Positions 57,154-64,000 of a stretch of DNA of 64,000 nucleotides are shown one piece after another. The notes under the pieces were generated by a model, which was not told where the DNA came from, made no database searches, and was given only the letters and a program-made list of their open reading frames with translations. The stretch covers positions 288,001 through 352,000 of the forward strand of contig CAVPSB010000018.1 in assembly GCA_963708025.1 (NCBI GenBank), written 5' to 3'. Positions within the stretch are counted from its first letter, which is position 1; every line of letters begins with the position of its first letter. The translations under genes and the position numbers were made by a program. The DNA is from an uncultured Candidatus Rokubacteria bacterium (lineage in GTDB: Bacteria; Methylomirabilota; Methylomirabilia; Rokubacteriales; DASRDR01).

Positions 57154-59618
57154 TCACCGGGCCCGGATCTCCACGCGGTCGAACCAGAGTCCGGGGCCAC
57201 CCAGGTAGCCGACCGGGAATTCGAGCGTCGCCGGCCCGGTAGCCGGAACTCGAGACTCACCTCGCGGTAGCGGCCGGGAGGGAGTTCCGCCGCATCCACG
57301 GTCCGGGCCGCCAGGAGCCGGCCCTGGGGCTCGGTGACGGCGAGTCGGAGCAGCGGGCCGCTCGCCTGGCCTTCGCTTCGGGCACGGAGCGTGAGGCGGT
57401 AGCGCCCCGCCGGGTACCTCCGGGCCGGCCCGCTCACCAGGTCGGTCTTCAGGCTCTCCGTCGGATGGGCGTATCCGGCCCACCCGCCGGACGCGGCGGG
57501 ATCCTCCCGCTCGCCGAGCTTGTGGGGCAGCTCCTCCACCTCGAAGACCCACTCGGGGTCAGGCCGATCGGCCGCCACGACCGAGACCCAGTCCACCGCG
57601 GCGTCCGCGCTGCCGTCCCAGCGAACGCGGTACTCGAGCGGCGTGGCGTGCTCCAGCGTGAAGTCGAGCTCGACGTCCCCCCACCCGGCGGAGGGCGGCA
57701 ATGCGCGGTTGGCCACGAGGCGCCGGCCCTCGTCGGCGGCCACCTCGAGGGCCAGGCCACTTCCGCGCACCGCGGAAGACCGCGCGCGCCAGGCGCCGGC
57801 GGGGAGCGCACGGTAGGGGCCGAAGGTGAGGAATCCCCGTCGCGTGACGCCGGCGTGGGCGGCGACCAGCCGGCCGCCCGAGGCCTCCGTGTCCGTCTCG
57901 ACCACGCCGGTCTCCTGGGCCAGCGCCTCGGCCTCGAAGAACACGCCGACCGGCGAGGTCGCCGGCGGCACCGCCGCCGGCGGGCGGCCGGTGAGCCGGT
58001 AGAGCCAGAGCGGATCGGCGGCGGCCTCGAGGACGAGGCCCGGGGAGGCCCGGAGTCGGTCGCGGGTGAGCGCCGAGGGGAACGGGCTCACCTCGGGGGG
58101 AAAGAGGGCGCGGTTGAGGAGGACGTGCGTGACCCCGAGGCGCAGGAGGAGCGCGTACTCGGCCGGCCCGAGGTCGCCGACGTTCAGACCCTGGAGCGGC
58201 CGGTAGACCTCGGTGACGTAGCGGCGCGGGACCAGCGGCGAGTAGCCGTTGAGCATCGGCACCCGCGTCCGCGTCACCGTGTAGAGGTACAGCGGAAGAC
58301 CACGCGCTGTCGCCGGCCCACAGCGGGAGGTTCAGGACGAGGCGTCCCTCCGAGCGGGTCGCCCGTAGACCGGCGTCTCCGGGAACCGGGTGAGCGCGAT
58401 CGCGTGCCACGGCACCGCCCCGGCAACGAGCGCGGCGACCAGCGCCGTCCCCGCCGCCAGCGCCGCGCGGGGTGACAGGCGGGACACCAGGGCGTGGACG
58501 CCGAAGCCGGCGAGGACGGCGACGCCGAGGCTGGTCAGGATCCGGAGCTTCTCCGGGTTCCGGATCAGCCCGAAGAGCGGGAGCCACCGGTGGAGCACCT
58601 GGTAGAGCGGGAGTCCGGGAAGCGTGGGGCCGAGGCTCAGGACCAACGCCGGCCAGGAGGATCGCGCCGTAGAGGAGGCCCAACCCACGTCCCCGCGGTC
58701 CAGGGCGGCGAGACCGACCAGCGCGAGGCCCGGCGGCGACGACACCGCCGTAGGTCTCGGGGTACGAGAGGGCCACCAGCCCCCGGGAGAAGAGCCGCAC
58801 CTCGGCGAGGCTCCGGCCCGTCTCGGCGATCGAGCCGACGAGGAACGTCTGGCGCAGCATCAGGAGCCAGCCCGACGCCGGCGGTGGCGAGGAGCGCGAA
58901 GGCCAGGAGGGCCCGACCCGGGCGCGGACGTCGCGGCCGTGGTCAGGCGCGGGCCACTTCACGACGACGTATCCCACGGCGAGGCCCGCCAGCCAGGTAC
59001 GTGTAGTGCGGCTCGAGCGTCGCGAGCGCGAAGAGCGCGCCACCGCCGACGAGGCCGCCCCAGCCGCGTCCGTGCGCCGAGCGCGACGTCGAGCCCCCAC
59101 AGGACGAGCGGGGACCAGGGCGGCCGCGAAGCCGGCCGGCTGGCCGCCGAAGAGCGGCCCGAGCCGCGCCGGGAGCGAGCGCGAAGGTCACCCCGGCCGC
59201 GGCGGCGGCCGAGCGGGTGGCCGGTGTAGTGGTGGACGAGCGCGTACGCCGCGAGCCCGCTCAGCGGGAACGAGAGGAGGACGAGCAGGTTGTAGCTCGA
59301 TGCGGGTCGAGCGCGGCGAGGAGCGTGAACGGGAGCGACAGCGGGAGGAAGGTCTGCGGCAGGTTCCAGCGCGCCCCGTCGAGCCGGAACTGGTAGGGAT
59401 CGTGGAAGAGCGGCGTGGGGCCGAGGACGCTGTCGCGGACGAGCCAGAGCTGGTAGTAGAGCTGGAGTGTGTCGCCGGGCGCGCCGGGTCAGCACCGCCC
59501 GGTCCACGGGCGCCACGGCGGCCAGCGGCAGGCTGTCGCTCCAGTGGAAGCGCGAGCGGCCGGGACACGATGACGCCCGCGACGAGCAGGAAAGCCGTGA
59601 GCCCGAGACGGGCTTCAT
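57154..59618 (-). CDS. GT-C/YfhO-like membrane protein with two C-terminal CBM6/35-like domains; many indels
   Basis: 'LQLYYQLWL...DPYQF', TMs, 'PMLNGYS', 'FFEAE...EASGG', 'FEVEEL...DPAASGG'. Confidence 0.6.
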
Positions 59619-59619
59619 G

Positions 59620-62600
59620 AGGCGATGAGATCGATCGGCAGCAGAGCGGTCACAAGGAACGCCGACCCCCAGGTGGGGGGCCAGGGGCGAGTGGTCGGGC
59701 TCCCCCCCAGTCGGAAGTCCCTCGACGCGCAGCCGATCGAACCAGACGCCGGCCGTCCCGCGGTAGATGCACGGGAACTCCAGCACCGTGGGCCGCGCCA
59801 GGACGAACGGGATCGCCAGCTCGACGTAGCGGCCGGCCTCGCCGACCTCGCCGCCCGCCAGCTCGCGTCCGCCCGCCATCGGGCCGCGCGAGGCAGCCTG
59901 GACGCCGCACCAGGCGAGCGGCGCCGCGGTGAGCCGGTCGAGCTTGAGGCGCACCCAGAGCCGGTAGCGCCCGGCGTCGTAACGCCGGAGCGGCCCGCTC
60001 CACACGGCGTCGCGGGGCGTCCGGCCCGGGTCGGCGTACCCGGCCAGGCCGCCGCTCGCGGCCGGGTCGGCTCGCTCGTCGAGCTCGTGGCCCAGTTCCT
60101 CTACCTCGAAGGCCGGCGCCGGGTCCGGAGCGTCGGCGAAGGCGACGGCGACGGCATCGACCGCCACCCACCCCGCGCCGTCCCACTTGACCCGGTACTC
60201 GACCGGCGCCGGCGCCTCCAGCGTCGAACTCGAGCGCCGACGTCCCCGAGCACGTCGCCGCCGGCGAGGCGCAGCTCCCGGGCGCCGAGCGCCCGCCGCC
60301 CGCCGTCCGCCGTGACCTGCAGCTCGACGCGGCTCCCGCCGCCGCCGCAGCCGGAAGACCGCGCGATAGGCGCCGGCCGGCAGGAGCCGGTAGGGACCGT
60401 GGATCGAGGAAGCCGGGCCGGTCCCGTCCGGCGCGGGCCAGGACCACGCGGCCGTTGGACGCCTCGGCGTCGGCGGCGATCTCGCCCGTCTCGCGCGGGA
60501 GCGACTCGGCCTCCCAGTAGATCCCGAGCGGGCTCCGGGGCGCGCCGGGGAGGGCGGGACCGGGGCGCTCGCGGACGCGGAAGACCCACAGGCCGCCGTC
60601 GTCCCCGGGCGCCCGGACCAGCTCGAGATACGGCGAGTGCCGGAGGCCGGCGAGGGTGAAGGCCGGGCCGAACGCGCTCACCTTCATCGGGAAGGCGTCG
60701 CGGTCGAGGATCACCTGGCGGACGCCGTAGCGCCGGAGGGCGGCGTGCTCGGCCTCGCCGACGGACGCCCAGGTTGACCGTCTCCGAGCGACCGGTACAC
60801 CTCGGTGACGTACGCGCGGTCGATCCACGCCGAGTAGCCGTTCAGCATCGGGGTCCGGGTGAGCGTCGTCGCGTAGAGGTAGAGCCCGGAGTAGGCGCTG
60901 TCGCCCGGCCAGAGGGGCACGTAGAGGGCCCGCGGCCCGATCGCGCGGATCGCGTCGTAGGTCTCGCCGCCGGTCGGCAGCAGGCTGACGCCGGTCAGTC
61001 GCCAGGGGTGGTACTCGACCGCGACCAGGCCGGCGAGGAGCACGGCGACGACCGCCGCGAGCCGCGCCCAGCCGGCTCGCCGCGAGCCGCCGCCCGAGCG
61101 CGTCGGTGCCGGCCGCCGCCAGGATCGCCAGCGCGAGCCCGACCACGATCTGGAACTTGGCCGGCTGGCGGACGAAGTTCCAGAACGGGACCAGGTAGAA
61201 GGCGGCCTCGAAGAGCGGCAGCCCCGGCAGGCGCGGCCCGAGCGACAGCGCGAGCCCGAGCGCGAGCCCGAGCGGGAAGACCGTGAGGACGCGCGCGCGG
61301 GGCGCCGGCGGCCGGCGCCACAGCGCGACGGTGCCGACGAGCGCGAGGGCGAGGGCGACGGCGCCCACGTAGACGGCCCGGCTCGCCGCCGGGTTGACGC
61401 GGATCAGGAGGTCGGCGGGCCACGGCGAGAACAGGAGCACCTCGTGGAGCGAGCGGCCGGCTCCGGAGACGGAGCGCCGGAGCAGCGCCTGGCGGAGGAG
61501 CACGAGGAAGCCCGCCCCGGCGGCGGCCCCGCCCGCCGCCAGCGCGAGCGGCGCCCAGGGGAGCCGCCGGCCGCGGGCGGCCCCGAGGAGCCAGACCGCG
61601 TGGATCACGACGGGAAGCGCGAGGGCGACCGGCACCAGCCTCGACGCCGACCCGGGTGCCGGCCGCGAGCGGCGGCCAGCCAGGGCAGACAGGCCAGCAG
61701 GCTCCGCCGGGCGGCGGCGCGGCCGTCCTCGACGGCTCCGGCGGCGCGGAGCCAGCCGGCCAGGCACTGCCAGAGGCCGAGCACGGCCAGCGCCGCCACG
61801 ATCGCCAGATGCCGAGCGCGCGGGTAGCGGCGCCTGCCAGTCCCGCGGCGCTCGAGGGCGCCGAGCGTGGCGGCCACCGCGGTCGCGAGCGCCACGACGA
61901 GGGCCAGCGACCCACCAGGCGCCGCCGACGCGCAGCGTGTCGCGGGTCCAGCCGCGGCGAGGCCGACGCGCGCCAGGCAGGTAGAGCGGGAGACCGAGCG
62001 CGGCGAAGTAGAAGAAGTGCGGCTCGACGATCGCGAGCGAGACCAGCGCGGCCGCGCACCAGGCCCCGCCGGCCAGCGAGCCGGCGAGCGCCCCCTCGAG
62101 GCCCCACAGCGCGAGCGGCGCCAGGAAGTAGGTGAGGCCGGCGGGTGCCCGCCGAGCAGGGCGCCCACCCGGTACGGGAGGCACGCGAAGATGGCGCCGG
62201 CCACCAGCGCGCCGCCGCGCCCGATCCCGTACCGGCTGCGCGAGGAGCGCCGTCGCCAGCCCCGCCGCCGGGAACGAGAGGAGGACGAGGAGGTTGTAGG
62301 CGAGCCGCGGGCCGGCGGCCGAGAGCGGCACGAAGGGGAGCGCGACCGGCAGGAAGGTGTTGGGCAGGTTCAGCCGGGGGCCGTCGACCGCGAACTGGTA
62401 GGGGTCGCGGAGGAAGGAGGCGCCGGCCAGGAGGCGATCGCGCACGAGCCACAGGTAGTAGTAGAACTGCAGGTAGTCGCCCTGGACCCGCCACGCGACC
62501 TCGCGGCCCTCGGGCGGCACGGCGCGCGAAGGGCAGGGCGTCGTCGAGGTGCGTGACGAGCGGGAAGGTGTACAGGACCGCGAGGAACGGAACGCCGCGA

Positions 62601-62640
62601 CGACGCCGAGGGCGGCCCGGCGCCCGGGCGCCGAGCGGGG
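59620..62640 (-). CDS. Paralog of the preceding GT-C/YfhO-like + CBM-like protein; many indels, ends approximate
   Basis: 'GDYLQFYYYLWL...DPYQF', 'EPHFFYF', 'RQPAKF', 'PMLNGYS', 'YWEAESL...EASNG', 'FEVEEL...DPAASGG'. Confidence 0.6.
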
Positions 62641-62643
62641 GGA

Positions 62644-63900
62644 TCAGGTGGGCCGGGGGGGAGATGCGCGCTCCGCCGGACGGCCCAAGGCCGGAGGCCC
62701 CGGCCCCCCGTCCGGGGGCCCGTCCGCGATCCGCCGGGCGCTCACAGGCACGCGGTAGACCTCGACCAGCCGGCCGGCCAGCGCGGGCCAGCCGAACTCG
62801 GCGACGGCGCGGTCGCGCAGCGCCTGGCCGCGCCACTTGCGCTCGCCGGCGTCGCCGAGGAGGGCGACGCAGGCCGCGGCCAGGGCGGTCGTGTCCCCGA
62901 GCGGGACGAGGACGCCGGCCTCGCCGAGGATCTCGCGCGAGATCGGCCCGTCGTAGGCGATCGTCGGCAGGCCGGTCGGCCATGTAGTTGAGGCAGCTTG
63001 CCGTTCGCCTCGGTCGCCGAGCGCTTGGGGCTCACCGCGACGTCGCCGAGGGCGAGGTAGCGCGGGGCCTCGCGGTAGTCGATGCGGCCGGTGACGGTGA
63101 CGGAGCCGTCCAGCCCCGCCCGCGCGACGGCGTCCCGGTAGCGCGCGTCGTTCGGGTAGCCCATCAGCAGGAGGTGGGCATCCGGGACCGCGGCGACGAC
63201 CGCGGGCCAGGCCGCCAGCAGGTCGTCGACGCCCTGATACGGGGTGAGGACGCCCAGGAAGACGACCACCCGCCGGCCCTCGAGGCGGAGGGCCCGGCGC
63301 AGATCGTCGGCCGGGAGTCCCGGGCGGAAGACCTCGGGGTCCACGCCGTCCGGCAGCGCGACCACGCGATCGCCGCCGCCCCAGCGCTCGGCGAGCTCGC
63401 GCGCGAAGCTCGTGGACGACGCGAGCAGCCGGGTGGGCCCGCGCACGATCGCCCGCTCGAGGATCCGGGCCAGCGCCGGCAGGGGTCCGCGGGCGGGGAT
63501 CGTGTGGTGATCGATCAGCTCGCCGGTGAGGCTGCCCTGGAGGTCGGCGACGGCCGGCCGGCCGAAGAGGCGGCCCAGGACGGCCGCCAGGGCGGCGCCC
63601 TCGTGCAGGTGGCCGTGGACCACGTCGGGCCGGAAGCGCCGGGCCGCCCGGGCGGCCGTGATCAGGAGCAGGAGGTCGAGATACGGCTTGTGGATCGAGA
63701 AGCCGACCGGCAGTCGTGCGCACCCAGGGGAGCCGGGCGGTCCGCACGGTGCGGACCTCGGGCACGTCGCGGCCGACGTGGTAGGTGGCGACCAGGACCT
63801 CCACCGCGTGACGGCGGAGGGCGCGCACCTCCTCGAGGATGCGGACGTGGCAGCCGCGGTCGCCGAAGAACGGCGTCGGCGCCACCATCAGGACGCGCAT
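62644..63900 (-). CDS. GT4 family glycosyltransferase (indels)
   Basis: 'MRVLMVAPTPFFGDRGCHVRILEE','HGHLHEG','LTPYQGVD','SPK.SATEANGKL','GLPTIAYD'. Confidence 0.85.
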   Translation of the reverse strand: MRVLMVAPTPFFGDRGCHVRILEEVRALRRHAVEVLVATYHVGRDVPEVRTVRTARLPWVRTTAGRLLDPQAVSRPPAPDHGRPGGPALPARRGPRPPARGRRPGGRPGPPLRPAGRRRPPGQPHRRADRSPHDPRPRTPAGAGPDPRAGDRARAHPAARVVHELRARARRALGRRRSRGRAAGRRGPRGLPPGTPGRRSAPGPPPRGPAGGRLPGRPHPVSGRRRPAGGLARGRRRGPGCPPPADGLPERRALPGRRRAGGAGRLRHRHRPHRLPRGPALPRPRRRRGEPQALGDRGERQAASTTWPTGLPTIAYDGPISREILGEAGVLVPLGDTTALAAACVALLGDAGERKWRGQALRDRAVAEFGWPALAGRLVEVYRVPVSARRIADGPPDGGPGPPALGRPAERASPPRPT

Positions 63901-64000
63901 GCGGGCTCGGGCATCGACCGGGCGGACGTCGGTAGCCGGCGGGGGTCCGGCCTGTGAACTGGCCTATGGCAGATGAGTCACGTTCTCGTGGGCGGGGCCG

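Noticed and set aside
1-64000. tRNA, rRNA, riboswitch or intact transposase/integrase
   Set aside because: None recognised by eye; a tRNAscan/Infernal run would be needed to exclude them formally.

Overview
Very GC-rich bacterial DNA. Gene content and style suggest Candidatus Rokubacteria/Methylomirabilota, but that is inference. Left end: an AddB-like nuclease, a DUF547-radical SAM-SPASM-like fusion, a CoA-transferase remnant and an isolated GT-C glycosyltransferase. 7.4-16.4 kb (minus strand): a periplasmic-type (Nitrospira/anammox-like) nitrite oxidoreductase operon with a BldC-like regulator, Cys-rich membrane protein, di-heme cytochrome c/EbdC-like heme-b protein, Tat-exported NxrA, small accessory protein, NxrB, TorD-like chaperone and HExxH/Zn-finger protein. 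It carries many single-base indels that look like long-read errors. 17.5-64 kb: a large cell-envelope glycosylation island with a WecA-like initiator, GT2/GT4 enzymes, an O-antigen ligase-like protein, three polyprenyl-P-sugar synthase-like GT2s, three flippase-like LPG_synthase_TM proteins, a UbiA/DPPR-synthase-like enzyme, an AsnB amidotransferase and seven GT-C-fold membrane proteins, most with C-terminal ILEI, discoidin or CBM-like domains. These include a tandem ILEI-GT-C array with a chimeric member and two collapsed remnants. Also present: several small intergenic repeat families (one MITE-like with TA-flanked TIRs), probable leaderless promoters and two probable CTG starts. No rRNA, tRNA, CRISPR or transposase was recognised.
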